A DNA stretch of 63,718 nucleotides, filler included, from Octopus bimaculoides (GCF_001194135.2; 4 parts of 3 records of this genome joined end to end with filler, not necessarily neighbours in it); one strand, 5' to 3'; shown: positions 25,285 to 39,725, counted from the whole stretch's first letter. Translations and numbers: made by a program. Notes: generated by a model from the letters alone, not told the origin.

Positions 25285-25498
25285 GCTACGTGGTGACTCG
25301 ACTCGGTTGAAATAGCAACGAAATCTCCCTCTAATCTCAGTCTAGCGTCATAAATAGGGAAAGAACACATTAAATAATGTAGTCTTACACACCCATAAAA
25401 GACGGGATGGCCACGGATGGAATGCTTTTGATCATGGGTTTGGTCGATCAGAGCTGACCTGAAGCTACGTAATAACAGCACCCATGAAATAGACTAAA
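25285..25498 (+). mobile_element. retroposon 3' fragment (family E)
   Basis: AAATCTCCCTC...GACGGGATGGCCACGGATGGAATGC...GCTGACCTG; diverged reverse copy near 49500-49600. Confidence 0.55.
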
Positions 25499-26092
<594 letters not shown>

Positions 26093-26856
26093 CGAGTTGA
26101 AAATTCGGGAACTGTTTTCCCTGCTATTTAGCGCCATTGACGCTCATGAATATTTCTCACATTTCCTTTAAAGATGAATTTTCTTTATATTTACAAAATA
26201 CTGAAAAAAAAAATCATCAAATATCATTTGATGGTTAGACGTCTGCTTTGCTGCAAGACTACGATCACATCCTCTGTATATGGATTATTAAGCTTAAGTA
26301 GGGTGGCAAGATGGCAGACTAGTAGCGTCAAGTTTGCCTTTCATCCCTTTGGCATCCATATTTTTTCTTCTTTCATTTCTCCAGTTAGCTTCAAAAGCCC
26401 CGTGAAAAAGAAGTCTCCGGGAATAATTCAATCAAAGGAACAAGGACAAGATATAAAAAATAGATCAACTTGTTGATTTATTAATGTTGTTGTTGGTGTT
26501 GTTACTTTGATTGTTGTTGATCTTGTGTATGTTGATGTTGTTTACGTGTTGCATGTTATGTATATTGCTGTTGTTAAAGTTGCTGAAGCTGTGTGTATTA
26601 TTGATGTTCTTGATATTGATGTCGCTGCTGTTGATGTAGTTACGCTTGTTGTTGTTGTTGTTGTTGCAAATGTTGCTGTATGTGCTGTTGTAACGTTTAC
26701 TACCGTTGCTACTGTGTCTGAATATTGTTGTGCATGATGTTGACGTCGATGTGTGAATGCATGTATATATGTATGTATATCTCTCCCCCCCTCTGTCTGT
26801 CAGTCTGTCTGTCTGTCTCTCTCTCTGTCTACCTACCTACCTACCTACCTACCTAC

Positions 26857-26887
<31 letters not shown>

Positions 26888-26904
26888 ACTCACTNNNNNN
26901 NNNN

Positions 26905-26966
<62 letters not shown>

Positions 26967-27139
26967 ACGCTTAGACATAGCAATACTAATAACCAGGCGT
27001 TAGATCTTAATATACAAATGCTTCAGAAAAAAGCGTTAGTCGAGTACAGAGCGTAATATGAAATTAAACAAACAACAAAGGAAAAGGAAAAGGAAATTGC
27101 ACAATGAAATTAATTACATAATCTTTGTTAATTAAATAT

Positions 27140-27270
27140 TCTTTGTAAGCCTAGCCTAGTACTTATTCTGTCGGAGTCTTTTGCCAAACCGCTAAGTTAC
27201 AGGGACGTAAACACATCAAGATCGATTGTCAAGCGATGATGGGGAGATAAACACAGACACATAAACATAT
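27140..27270 (-). mobile_element. SINE A 3' fragment
   Basis: CTAGTACTTATTCTGTCGG...CCGCTAAGTTACAGGGACGTAAACAC. Confidence 0.75.
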
Positions 27271-27339
27271 ATATGTATGTGTGTTTCTCTCCCTATTTCT
27301 TTTTTTCTCTCTCCTTTTTTTCTCCCTCCTTGTTTCTCT

Positions 27340-27484
27340 CCTTATTTCTTTCTGTGTTCCTTTCTGTTAAAGAGCGAAGGCTCGAAACGTTAAAGACTTT
27401 CTCTATTCCCGAACGTTATACTAATACATCCATTTGTTGCTTACACCACCTGTCTTCGCCTGTTGTTTTTTCGTGAATTCTCCC
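27340..27484 (+). mobile_element. Penelope-like repeat with a minimal hammerhead-like fold (copy 2)
   Basis: CTTT-CTGTTAAA-GAGC gaag GCTC-GAAAC-GTT-AAAG at 27360-27395. Confidence 0.55.
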
Positions 27485-27960
27485 ATATGTATATATATAT
27501 ATATATATATATATNNNNNNNNNNNNNNNNNNNNNNNNNNNNNNNNNNNNNNNNNNNNNNNNNNNNNNNNNNNNNNNNNNNNNNNNNNNNNNNNNNNNNN
27601 NNNNNNNNNNNNNNNNNNNNNNNNNNNNNNNNNNNNNNNNNNNNNNNNNNNNNNNNNNNNNNNNNNNNNNNNNNNNNNNNNNNNNNNNNNNNNNNNNNNN
27701 NNNNNNNNNNNNNNNNNNNNNNNNNNNNNNNNNNNNNNNNNNNNNNNNNNNNNNNNNNNNNNNNNNNNNNNNNNNNNNNNNNNNNNNNNNNNNNNNNNNN
27801 NNNNNNNNNNNNNNNNNNNNNNNNNNNNNNNNNNNNNNNNNNNNNNNNNNNNNNNNNNNNNNNNNNNNNNNNNNNNNNNNNNNNNNNNNNNNNNNNNNNN
27901 NNNNNNNNNNNNNNNNNNNNNNNNNNNNNNNNNNNNNNNNNNNNNNNNNNNNNNNNNNNN

Positions 27961-27999
<39 letters not shown>

Positions 28000-28621
28000 C
28001 ACACCATAATATCGTAGTATATAATGTTATATTGTGCATGTTGTCTATATTGATACTGTTGTTGATGCTGTTGACACGTTGTGTAAAATTATGCTGATAT
28101 TGTGTATTGTTGATGATGTTGATATATATACTGACGTTGCTGTTGTTATTCAAGCTGAGGTTAATGTATATACTGATGTCCTCGTGTGTAATGTTGATAA
28201 TGTGGTGTTGATATTGATGTATAATATTGTCGTTGAAATTGAAATTATCTATGCCGATAGTGATGCTGTTGATGTTGTATATATGGATGTTGTTGTGTAT
28301 GACGTCATTGCAACTGTGTATACTGATATTTAAGAGGTAGGTATACAATATTGCTTCCGCTCTTCATTAATGTTATTGTTGAAGGCAATGTCTATATTGT
28401 TACCGGTATTATATTCTTATACACGTACTGTATACGTTGTTGTAGCTACCGGTGCAGCCAGTGCACTTAAAAATAATGCAGCTAAGATTTCCGCCATTTT
28501 TATATTTTAATTGACAACAAAGAATTGCACAAAAAATATGAATACATAAATACAATCCCAAGTTATTATCTAAGTGAAATTTAAATAGTAGAACTGGTAA
28601 TATTTTTATTCCCAATGAGAA

Positions 28622-28679
<58 letters not shown>

Positions 28680-28779
28680 NNNNNNNNNNNNNNNNNNNNN
28701 NNNNNNNNNNNNNNNNNNNNNNNTTAATTAATTAANNNNNNNNNNNNNNNNNNNNNNNNNNNNNNNNNNNNNNNNNNNN

Positions 28780-28870
28780 AACAGTTACGCATTGGGATCG
28801 ATGTAATGGACTTAATCCCGCCCCACCCCAAAACTGACCTTGTGGCAAAAATTTGAAATCATTATTATTG
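28780..28870 (+). mobile_element. SINE B 3' end with ATT tail
   Basis: CAGTTACGCATTGGGATCGATGTAATGGAC...AATTTGAAATCATTATTATT. Confidence 0.7.
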
Positions 28871-28904
28871 TCATCATCACCATCATCATTATCATCATCA
28901 TTAT

Positions 28905-31900
28905 TGATTGCCTTTGCACAGCTTCTAACGCTGGAGATGTATTACAGTGTCAGCTGTTCACTACCAGTGAACTAAGGTAACGCCTCTTATTTTTCGAGCA
29001 CCTTCCGGAGTATTTGAGCGGTTCCAAGCAGTGCTCCACCCTTATTGCATCCCCTATTTATTCCAAGTACTTATCGAGATTTTTGCTCACTGTTCCCAGG
29101 GCTCCGACAATTATTAGTATTACTACTACCTTTTTCATCGACCGCAACTGCTTAACTTCCCAAGCTAACTTGTTATATCTCTCGACTTTTCTTTCTTCGT
29201 TATCGCATACCTTGTTGTCTGCTGGGCATGCTATATCTAGGATCCAGCATAGTTTGTTTTCTTTCTCAATTAAGACTATTTCTGGCTTTCTATTCTTTAT
29301 TCTCATGGTCGCACTGAATCATAAAATCCCATAGGATCTTCGCATTTCTATTGTCAACGATGCCTTCGAGTTTGCGGTCATACTAATTTGTTGCTCTGTC
29401 AAGTCCATACTTGTTGGAAAGTGTCCAATGGACAAGCCTGGCTATATTGTCGTGGCGTATCTTATATTCCTTCGGGGCTAGTGCCGTACATTGCCTGGTA
29501 ATATGCCACACGGTTTCACCGTTTTGTCCACAGATTCTGCACTTATCACTTTCTGATGTGTTGTCTATTCTGTATTTTATGTAGTTTGTTCTTAGTGCTT
29601 GCTCTTGGGCAGCACAGATTAGTGCCTCCGTTTCCGGTTTTAAATCACTTTTAGTCATCTACAGCCATCTTTTTTCTCTGTCTGTCTTATCTTCAACATC
29701 CCTATGAAATTGAACATGCATTCTTTTCTTTACCCACCTATTTTCAGTTTCATTCGTTTTCAATTTCTTGTATACTGCTTTATCTTTGCAATCTTTCATC
29801 TTACACAGGCCTGACCTTCTTACTTCTAATATTAGCGGTTCTGTGGCATTTTTTACATACCATGCTATGTTGTTTTCTTCTGCTCTAATGCTGTGTTCGC
29901 ATCCAATAAGTCCTCTTACCCCTCTTTTTCTTGGTACATACAGTCTGTCTGTGTCACTTTTTGGGTGGAGTGACCCATATCTAGTAAGCAACTTCCTTGT
30001 CTTTCTGTCTAAGCTGTTTAGTTCGTCTACTGTCCATGCAATTACCCCTGCTCCATATCTAAGGAGTGAAACCGCCCAAGTGTTGATAGCTTCAATCTTA
30101 TTCTGTCCGTTTAATTTTGACTTAAGGATCAGTCTCAGTCTGCATAAGTACAAGACCTTAAATTTTCTGTCATCTCTTTTTCCATCAATTTATCCATTTC
30201 CAAAATCCCCATATACTTATAGCCAGTCTCTTCTATCTTCTTCATAACCTCCCCCGACGGTATCGTTAGTCCGTCCATACATTTGATTTTGCCTCTCTTC
30301 AAGACTAACATGCCACAATTTTTCAGTCCGAACTCCATTCTGATATCAGCACTGAAAGTATACTCCGTATCAACGAGTTGGGCTTCCTCTTTACCATAAA
30401 GTTTGAGGTCATCCATGAATAACAAGTGGTTGACTTTTTGTTGGCGGTTTTTGAATATATCCAACTTTTTCTTTCCTCAGAATCAGTGTTAGTGGTATCA
30501 AGCACAGTACAAAGATCAGTAGGGACAGGCAGTCCCCTTGGAAGATGCCCCTCCTAATTTCTACTGTACCTAAACTTCTTCCGTATGCTGTCAGACCCTC
30601 CTCCAATTCGCCATACTTTTTCCAAGCAATCGCTCAACATTCGATGCAATATCAAGAACGTGGGATCATATCGTACGCCTTATAATAGACATGGCTAAGT
30701 TACTTTTCCTCCTCTTGCAGTCTCTAAGTAGTTTTGTCTATCAGGAGTTGATCCTTGGTACCTCTGCACTTACGTTTGCAACCCTTCTGTTCATGTGGCA
30801 GGACTCCATTTTTTCCCAGATGTTCGTACATTACACTGCGAGTATTCCAGTCAATAACTTCCACATAAGTGGCAAACAGGATATCGGCCTGTGATTGTCT
30901 ACCGTATTGCCTTTTTCGATGTTTTTTAGGCACAGCACTGTCCTACCCAATATCCACCACTCTGGTGTAACTTGGTTGGCATTTAACAAGGTGTTGAATT
31001 GCGCGACTATTCGTGCATGACATTCACCAAATATTTTGATCCAGTAGCCTTGAACTCCAACTGGTCCCGGGGCCTTCCAGCTGCTCATTTTTTTGCTGAA
31101 TTCTTTCACCTCCCTAACTGAAATGACGAGTTCTGTCTGTTTTGGACAGACTTCTGTTTGATTCAGTTCTTGCAACCATTCAGCACCCTTCTTGTGTTCT
31201 TTGTCTTTGTTCCAGATGTCACTCCAAAACCTTTGACTTTCAATGTTATCTGGTATCAAGTTTTCATCTGTACACTCTCTATTTATGTCTTTATAGAATC
31301 TCTTCTGATCTATTCTGAATAACCTATTCTGCTGGTAACCCTTCATTTTTTGGTCATATCTTATCATCTTTGTTTTCTTTGCAACGAGGCGCTGCTTCAG
31401 TTCCTCCACTACTACTTTCAGGCCCTTTCTTTCAATATTATACTTCCTTTTCAGCGCCCTGTATTTTCGTTCGCTTTTCGGTCTGACACAGAAATGTCCT
31501 TCGAGAGCATATCTAACCCTGCCTGGATTCTTCTTTTCCGCCATAGATCTTTTCTTTTGTCACTCCCATTATATTTCTATTTCTTGACATCCATACCCAC
31601 GTTTTCTGCTACAACAATACTTGCTGCCTTAATCAAATTATTTGTTTTTGTGATGTTATTTGTTTTGATGTATTTCAGAATTTCATTGACATTCTTCGTT
31701 TCTTGGTTCAATTTCCATCAATCAGCCTTTTTAAGGTTGCAAATGATGTCGCTATCGTTCTCCTGTAGTCTTACCTTTATTCTGTCGTAGATTGCCATCT
31801 GTCACGTCGCTATTAGTTTTATTGCCTTCTTTTAGATCATCTATATGTCTCTCATCAAGTAAACTACCACTGCTCCTTTCCTGTGCTATGAGATTACTCT

Positions 31901-31985
31901 TATTAGTAAGAACTGTATTTTCATTCTTATCCATGACTCGTCTTTTGATAGCTTCGTTTGCTCTAGCTTGATTACATAGTCTCTG
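28905..31985 (-). mobile_element. R4/Dong-clade non-LTR retrotransposon (RT + CCHC + restriction-like endonuclease), frameshifted
   Basis: [130 protein letters not shown]. 3' end followed by AAT/GAT repeats. Confidence 0.92.
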
Positions 31986-31994
31986 TTCCGTTTG

Positions 31995-32992
31995 TGAAGC
32001 TCGTCTCCTTGACGGAGCTGCAATCCTGGGTGAAGAAAAGACCGAGACTGGGCGCCTGGCACCTAGAATGTCGTCAGGTGCTCACAGTCCTCTTCCAGTC
32101 GGGCAATGGGATCGGTGGATGTTCCGCTTTAGACATTTATAGGGGATTAGTCGCTGGGAAGTGCGACGACGTTCTCGGGGAGACCCTGGGCGCCGACGAG
32201 AACGAACTGGCTAGTTTGTTCCGGTCAGGAACTATCATGGGTAATTTCCAGATGCCATTGGCCTGGCAGTGCTACCGGGGAGCGCNNNNNNNNNNNNNNN
32301 NNNNNNNNNNNNNNNNNNNNNNNNNNNNNNNNNNNNNNNNNNNNNTGTGGGGTTATGTTGAACAGCTGCTGTCACGTGTGGAACGGATCCGTCTGTCAAT
32401 CTGTAGTAACGATTGCATCACCACCTTCCTTTAATTGGGTAGGCAAGGCAGTTTTTCTTTGCCTGGTGGCTGTGGCGAAAGAGGTTATTTGGTGGACAAG
32501 GCTGAAAGGCATGAGGACAGACATATTCATCTTTGGTAGAGCTCTCACTGACGTCTTCAAGTTTTACTTGAAAAGAAAATTGAGAGTAGAGAGGGAAGTG
32601 CTGTCCTCGAGTGAGTTTATTGAAAGGTGGGTGAAAATTACGAAAATGGCATGAGTGGATGGTATCAATCTAAGTGTAGACCTGTGAGTCGGAGATAAGG
32701 AATTGGAGAGGGCATTTGCTCCTGGTTTTTCATGGAAATCTCGGACAGTGGGGTTCTTCGATTCTCCCTAGAAGCCTTCCTGTGTCAGGAGGTCCACATC
32801 TCTATCATCCACCCCGCCACTTCTTTCTTTAACCTTTGTATTTTATGCATATATCCCTTCTTTTTCAGTGTATGCTATGTATACTTACTTTTTTTTTTAT
32901 CATTCCATTATCATATGTAAACCCACACACTTTATGTCTGTCTTTGTATTTTACCTCTCACCTTTCGCCCTTGTGGCAAATAAATGAAATCA
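31995..32992 (+). mobile_element. Tx1/L1-clade LINE, 5'-truncated ORF2 C-terminus plus 3' UTR
   Basis: YRGLVAGKCDDVLG..LAWQCYR..KAVFLCLVAVAKEVIWWTRLKG; homologous to 44850-45305. Ends CAAATAAATGAAATC plus ATC/ATT repeats. Confidence 0.8.
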
Positions 32993-33097
32993 TCATTATT
33001 ATTATCATCATTATTATTATGATTATTATTATTATTGTTGTTACGTTTATATATTTGTTTTGCAATATTCTTGATGTGAAATCGTGTGTTGAAACAG

Positions 33098-33746
<649 letters not shown>

Positions 33747-33963
33747 ATGGCAGCAGCAGCAGCGCTTTGTTACGCTAAGTTCGCTATTATAATCATGCAC
33801 TTCCGTTTAAGAGAAGGGAGGGGGATCAAAGCGTCTAAGGTCTTCGTTTAAGTTTGTCTAGTCAGAGGATAAAATAATATTTACAAAATATTTCGCATAC
33901 ACGTGCGTGTAGTTGTGTGGGTGTGTTTCAAAAGAAAGATAGAGAGGGAGAGAGAGAGAAAGG

Positions 33964-34033
<70 letters not shown>

Positions 34034-34276
34034 NNNNNNNNNNNNNNNNNNNNNNNNNNNNNNNNNNNNNNNNNNNNNNNNNNNNNNNNNNNNNNNNNNN
34101 NNNNNNNNNNNNNNNNNNNNNNNNNNNNNNNNNNNNNNNNNNNNNNNNNNNNNNNNNNNNNNNNNNNNNNNNNNNNNNNNNNNNNNNNNNNNNNNNNNNN
34201 NNNNNNNNNNNNNNNNNNNNNNNNNNNNNNNNNNNNNNNNNNNNNNNNNNNNNNNNNNNNNNNNNNNNNNNNNNNN

Positions 34277-34311
<35 letters not shown>

Positions 34312-35034
34312 TGCGTGATTGTGTTTATGTGTGTCTGTGTGCATGCTTGAGTGTGTGTGTGTTTGCGTGTGTTTGTGTGTGCATGTGTATGTACGTGCGT
34401 GCGTGTTAGTGTGTCTGTATGTGTCTGCGTGTGTCTGTTTTTAAGTGTGTGTGTGTGTTTGCGTGAGTGTTTGTGTGTGCGTGTGTGTGTATGTGTATGT
34501 GTGTATATGTGTTTGTGTTTCTGTTTGTGCGTGTGTATGTGTGTGTGTATGCGTGCGTGCAATACTTTCTGTGACAGTATTCGTGAGTGTTTCATTGCGT
34601 CAGTGTGTGCATATGATAATGTGCATGTGTCTTTGTGTGAGTGTGTATGTGTATGTGCGTGCGTCCGTGTTAGTGAGCGTACGTGCGCGCATCTGTTTGC
34701 GCATATGTTGATATGTGTGTGCATGTGTATGCGTACCAATGTATGTGCATATGTATGCTGATTTGACTGCTTTGCTTAACCACAAATCCGCCTCCAATGT
34801 ATAGAGTTATGATTAAAGACGTTTCGTCAATGTCCAACTCTTTTCCTAGATGTATGAGTCCCAACACCACGTCATCCATTTCTAAGACAGTGCGTTGTGA
34901 TTTGATGAGGTTTTCATTGCTATGTCTAGAACGTCGAACGTCCACTTAGAGGTTCTCTCATTAATATGTTTGTACGCGTATACACGCAAGTGTATACACT
35001 CATGTTAAATTTGTATACTAGTATAGTTTTCTAT

Positions 35035-35248
35035 CCTCTTTTATTCTCTTTCAGCCATTTAACTGCGGCCATACTGGAGCACCGCCTTAAAGGGATTTAG
35101 TTGAAGAAATCGACCCAAGGACTTATTCACTTTAAGCCTAGTACTTATCCTATCGATCTCTTTTGCCAAACCACTAACTTACGGGGCTGCAAACACACCA
35201 ACACCGGTTGTCAAGCGATGGTGGGGGGACAAACATAGGTACAAAGAC

Positions 35249-35287
<39 letters not shown>

Positions 35288-35420
35288 ACGGGTTTCTTTC
35301 CGTTTCCGTCTACCAAATCCTCTCTCAGGGCTTTGGTCGGCCCGAGGCGTTAGAAGATACCCAAGATGTTTCGTTGTAGGGCTGAACGCAGAACTATGTG
35401 GTTGGGAAACAAGCTCCTTA

Positions 35421-35425
<5 letters not shown>
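35035..35425 (-). mobile_element. SINE A, near full length
   Basis: TTTCAGCCATTTAACTGCGGCCATACTGGAGCACCGCC tail through to CTTACCACAC head. Confidence 0.9.
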
Positions 35426-35467
<42 letters not shown>

Positions 35468-36064
35468 TAAACGAAGAGTATAATGCGTGTGTATATAAGT
35501 AGGTATGATTATTCAGGGAGAAGAAATGAAATTGATATTGTCGACAAAAGGGTTTAATTTTTCTTAACTAACGTCACATCAATGACTCTGGAGTTATGTA
35601 GGGGTTGATTCGGGGCCGCTTTCAACGATGAGTGCTCGGTCGTGCGATCAACTAAAATCCTACCTGTGACATTAGTATGTAAATGAATGAATATTTCACA
35701 CCTGTGTGGAATATTGTGATTCGCGTGTTTAATCATGACACGTTGTGACAAAGCTGCATGTTGGAATTAAAGATACAGTCCAGTGAAAGGGAAAGAAGGG
35801 GACAAAGGGAGAGAAAGATAGGAGAGGAGAAGAGAGTGGTAGAGAGGAGAGAGGGAAGGTGGGGAGAGGGAGAAGGAGGGAAGCGAAGGAAAAGAGAGAA
35901 GAGAGAGAGGGAGAGGGGAGAGGAGAGGAAGATGGGAATAGGGAGAGGAAGATGGGAAGAGGAGGTGAAGATGGGGAAAGGAAGATGGGGAGAAGGAGAA
36001 GACGGGAAGAGAAGGAAAAGAGATAGGAGAGTGAGAGAGGCGGAGTGAGATGGGGCAACATTAC

Positions 36065-36375
36065 GAATCTAAGTCCCTACTTTTTAACTCCCTAGTTATT
36101 TATTGACGGCGCTGAATGGATTAGAAGCAAAATGGTTTGATTAGAGTTTTAACTCACTGAGAACAGAACCGAGACTAAGAGCAAAAGGCATTGTTTATTC
36201 GACACGCTAACAGTTATGTCGATTCTATGTCTACCTGGTGACAATAAAAGGACACAGTCGTATAACGAAAACGTTTGCTTCGCTAACCACGTAGGTCTGG
36301 ATTCAATCCCACTGCCTAGCAACTCCGGTAAGCAGTTTTTACTATAGCTTCGGCCATACCAAAGTCTTGGTTATA
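36065..36375. mobile_element. degenerate SINE B (minus, ~36065-36225) and SINE A head (plus, ~36275-36375)
   Basis: TTTATTGACGGCGCTGAATGGA; CTAACCACGTAGGTCTGGATTCAATCCCACTGC. Confidence 0.5.
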
Positions 36376-36429
36376 AAACAGAAATAAGTGTTGAAGATGA
36401 TCGAGGTCTTGAGTAGCAGACATCATCTG

Positions 36430-37370
36430 TTGTAATGTTTAACGCCTCCACCTAGTTCGTTGGTGCCTTTAGAGAAACCCACTCTGTTTAATACCACTAC
36501 ATGGTTCTCTGGTGCGTTAGTGAAGTCCATTCTGCTACAAATCTTACAACCAATTCTCCAGTTTGAGTACAACTTTCTCCCTCTTTCTCCCGTCTTCTTC
36601 CCGCCATTTACAAGGATCCTAAATAGAGCATGGATGCTCTTTTTTTTTTTATCTCTGACTAAACCATAGAAAAAGTGGTTTGATTGCAGGTTGTTTTTAA
36701 AAGCGTGTGTGCATTTGACCAAAATCGTCTTTCGACGATCCTAATCCATACAGAGCTTCTGAATTGCCACACCAAGATTATAAACGTAATATCCTGAACT
36801 TAATACTTAAGCATGTTGAATCCCATCCCGTATTTTCCTGTGTGCATTTTAGAGTACTTTCATTTACTGTTTGGGAACAATCATTTGAACGGTGCTTCAG
36901 TCAAGAGCGTTTGAGATTTATATGAAGATGAGGATAATATTGTTGTTAATATTATCAAATTTTTCTCCTCTCTGAATAGCATTGGTTTGTCAGAATAACT
37001 GGTGCTTTACTTTCTGATTTCAAATGGGTCGAACCAAATAGATTGAGTTGAAGACCGTACAAAAAGGAAAAAACAAAAATGCACCTTCCGATAGGCTTTC
37101 GCACAGCTTCCGTTCACCAACTTTCACTGACAAAACTTTGGTCATCACCAAGATTATAGTTGAAGATAATTACCTACCGTATAGCATGTGCAGTTTTTGT
37201 CACAGTGGAAACCACGTATTTGCAAAGTGAACTTCTTAGCCACGCCATTACATCAACGTAAACTTCTATGTTGTCTTCGGAAAATTGTATTTCTCTTTAT
37301 GAGTTACCCACATCAGATGTAAATGAAGAAAGGAGTTATTTCCAAGAAACAATTTGTAATGGAAAAATGA
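36430..37370 (+). mobile_element. highly decayed CR1/L2-type reverse transcriptase
   Basis: Ordered remnants: MDALFF.SLTK..KWFD (FxDxxKAFD-like), LYEDED (YADD-like), GALLSDFKWVE, YELPTSDVNEER..ICNG. Confidence 0.45.
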
Positions 37371-38084
37371 ATGATAATGCACTTCTTTGTCAAGCAGTTT
37401 TTTTTTATCTTCTGTATATTAAATGATTATAATAGAAGATTTAAACGGAAAATAAAATTACAATGGAAACGCTGGCGATAGCGTTGAATTTAACTTTCAC
37501 ATGAACAACTTCTTCATTTGTCATATGCCATCTCAACACTTGTTAAAATAAATAAATATTGTTAAATAAGACTTTTTTTAATGTACACTGATGAAGTGAT
37601 TTATTGGATCATAGATAGCAACTAAGTCATTTTAAATAGTTTAAGGAAATTTGCTTTGTCTCTTGTGACTAAATACCATGAATTTACTTATTGTCGCACT
37701 CTAATCTGTTACTAACACACGTTTTGTTTTTACCTTTCAATCTCTCTCTCTTCTTCAACAATTGCTGTTGCATCTGCTCCTCAGTGTTGGCCCCCTTTGT
37801 GCAATATGCACTCAAGTCAAACCAGGTTAATTGTCTCTTTTCTTTTTCTCACCCTTGATATACCACCACCCCCAGGCACGAATCAAACACAACAATCTAA
37901 TCTTTCCTCCTAAGAATGTCATCTTCTGGGGAATATCTTCCCTGATCATGTTGTAGCTGGAACCGTCAAATTCCAACTATTGGTATTCCTCTTGATTAGC
38001 AACAACGCTGATCTCTCTCTCTGTCTTGAAGTGACTGCCAACAATATGGCCTCTTTCTCCAGATCATACTCTTAAAAAAAGGAT

Positions 38085-38129
38085 TTGAGTCAACGATATT
38101 CTTTAATAGGATGACTATCGTTGACTCAA
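38085..38129. repeat. perfect 14-bp inverted repeat with 17-nt loop
   Basis: TTGAGTCAACGATA ... TATCGTTGACTCAA. Confidence 0.9.
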
Positions 38130-38309
38130 TTTTCACCAGAATATTACTGGTATTTGCACACACATATAGAGACACATTCACACTCACAAACACAAGCAAA
38201 CACACACAAACACATACAAATATACACACAGGTAACTGATTACTAAATAACGCTCGTCACTACCGCTTGTCAAAATGCGAAACATAAACCTATTTTTTAT
38301 TAGTGATCC

Positions 38310-38695
38310 GCAGTAATCGATGTGTAACAGCTACTGAACCGTTGTAACAAAACCAGTGAACCACGGAACTATTTTATATTGACACACAGAACCGCAGTAA
38401 TCGATATACATGAACCACTGATCCAATGTAATCGATATACAATAACCACTGGTCCACTTTAATCAATATACAATAACCACTGAACTGCTGTAATCAATAT
38501 ACAATTGAGCCAATGTAATCGATATGCAATAACCAGTAAACCACAGTAATCAATATACTGTAACCACTGATCAACAGTAATCGATGTACAGTCTTCACCG
38601 ATCCATTGTAATCGATACACAATAAATTGTCAATAGCTGTATTCAGTATACAGCAACCTGTAAACAACTCGTATCAATGTACAGTAAGAACTGAA
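38310..38695. repeat. degenerate ~31-bp minisatellite
   Basis: Consensus about GTAATCGATATACAATAACCACTGATCCAAT, roughly ten copies. Confidence 0.85.
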
Positions 38696-39497
38696 TTGCT
38701 CTATACGTTATTAGTACACTAATTATTTTCATTAAAGAAGAAAACTATACGAATTTTATGAGAACATAAAAGTATATAAAAAGGTTAATAATTAAATCAC
38801 TAATGATTTGCTGTTGGTGATCTGTTTTTTTTTTAACCAAGTCGGTTACCATTGGCAACTGAAAAATGATCCTTTGACACTATGACAGTGTAAATTCAAA
38901 CAATTGATACATTTAAGTATCATCTGTCTGATGGCTCATCGTCTAAAGTTTATTTCTCTTAAGAAATGTATAAAGGTATCTAAGACAATTTTCCCTGAGT
39001 TTATGATTAGAAAGCGGAAGATTTAGATGGGAAATATTTCTTCCTCCTACTCACATTGAACAGTAAATATGATTGAACTATAAAACTATTTTTGACACAT
39101 CTCAAAGTACAATAAACTTTATATTATTAAGGTAAATAAATTAAGAAGTAATGCACAGAAGGATGAACTACCTCCTCTAAAAATATCGTCCATTAATTGA
39201 AATAACTTTAGTTGGAGAAACAAAAACGATAATTGTTTAGAACCCCCAACCCCGCCATAAAGGGAGATAATTTGAAGAAATTGTGAATTAATTTCACAAA
39301 ATGAATTTATAGGCTTCGGGAAAAATCTATTACAATCCTAATTTGTTTTTAACTTCTTACACTTGGAAAATTCTTTTATGTAAACTACCATCCTACTCTA
39401 ATATTGAAAATAAAAACTCTTTAATCCACTTTAGACAATTAAAGCTTTAGTATTGCTTACCTTTGGTTTCAATAGAGTAAAATAATATATATAGCAA

Positions 39498-39652
39498 TGG
39501 GCTTCTTTCAGTTTCTGTCTACCAGATCCGCTGACAGGTCTTTGACCGGCCTGAGGCTATAGTAGAAGACACTTGCCCAAGCGTGGGACTGAACCCGGAA
39601 CCATGTGGGTGAGAAGCAAGCTTCTTATCATACAGCCACTCCTGCGCCTATA
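39498..39652 (-). mobile_element. SINE A, 5' half
   Basis: TTCTTTCAGTTTCTGTCTACC...GACTGAACCCGGAACCATGTGG...CAGCCACTCCTGCGCC. Confidence 0.85.
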
Positions 39653-39672
39653 AATATGTGTGTGTCTGTTTG

Positions 39673-39725
<53 letters not shown>

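Noticed and set aside
26490-28348. Val-rich and Asn/Ile-rich ORFs (26507-26737, 28034-28333 and antisense)
   Set aside because: Decayed GTT/GAT triplet repeats with no domain signal.
28724-28735. TTAATTAATTAA islands inside gaps (also 49896-49907 and 54945-54956)
   Set aside because: Each is N44 + 12-mer + N44 = 100 bp, and the 12-mer has stops in all six frames. This is an artificial scaffold-join spacer.
38310-38695. CRISPR-like array (also the 17-mer array at 21100)
   Set aside because: Eukaryotic context, no unique spacers between identical repeats, no cas genes.
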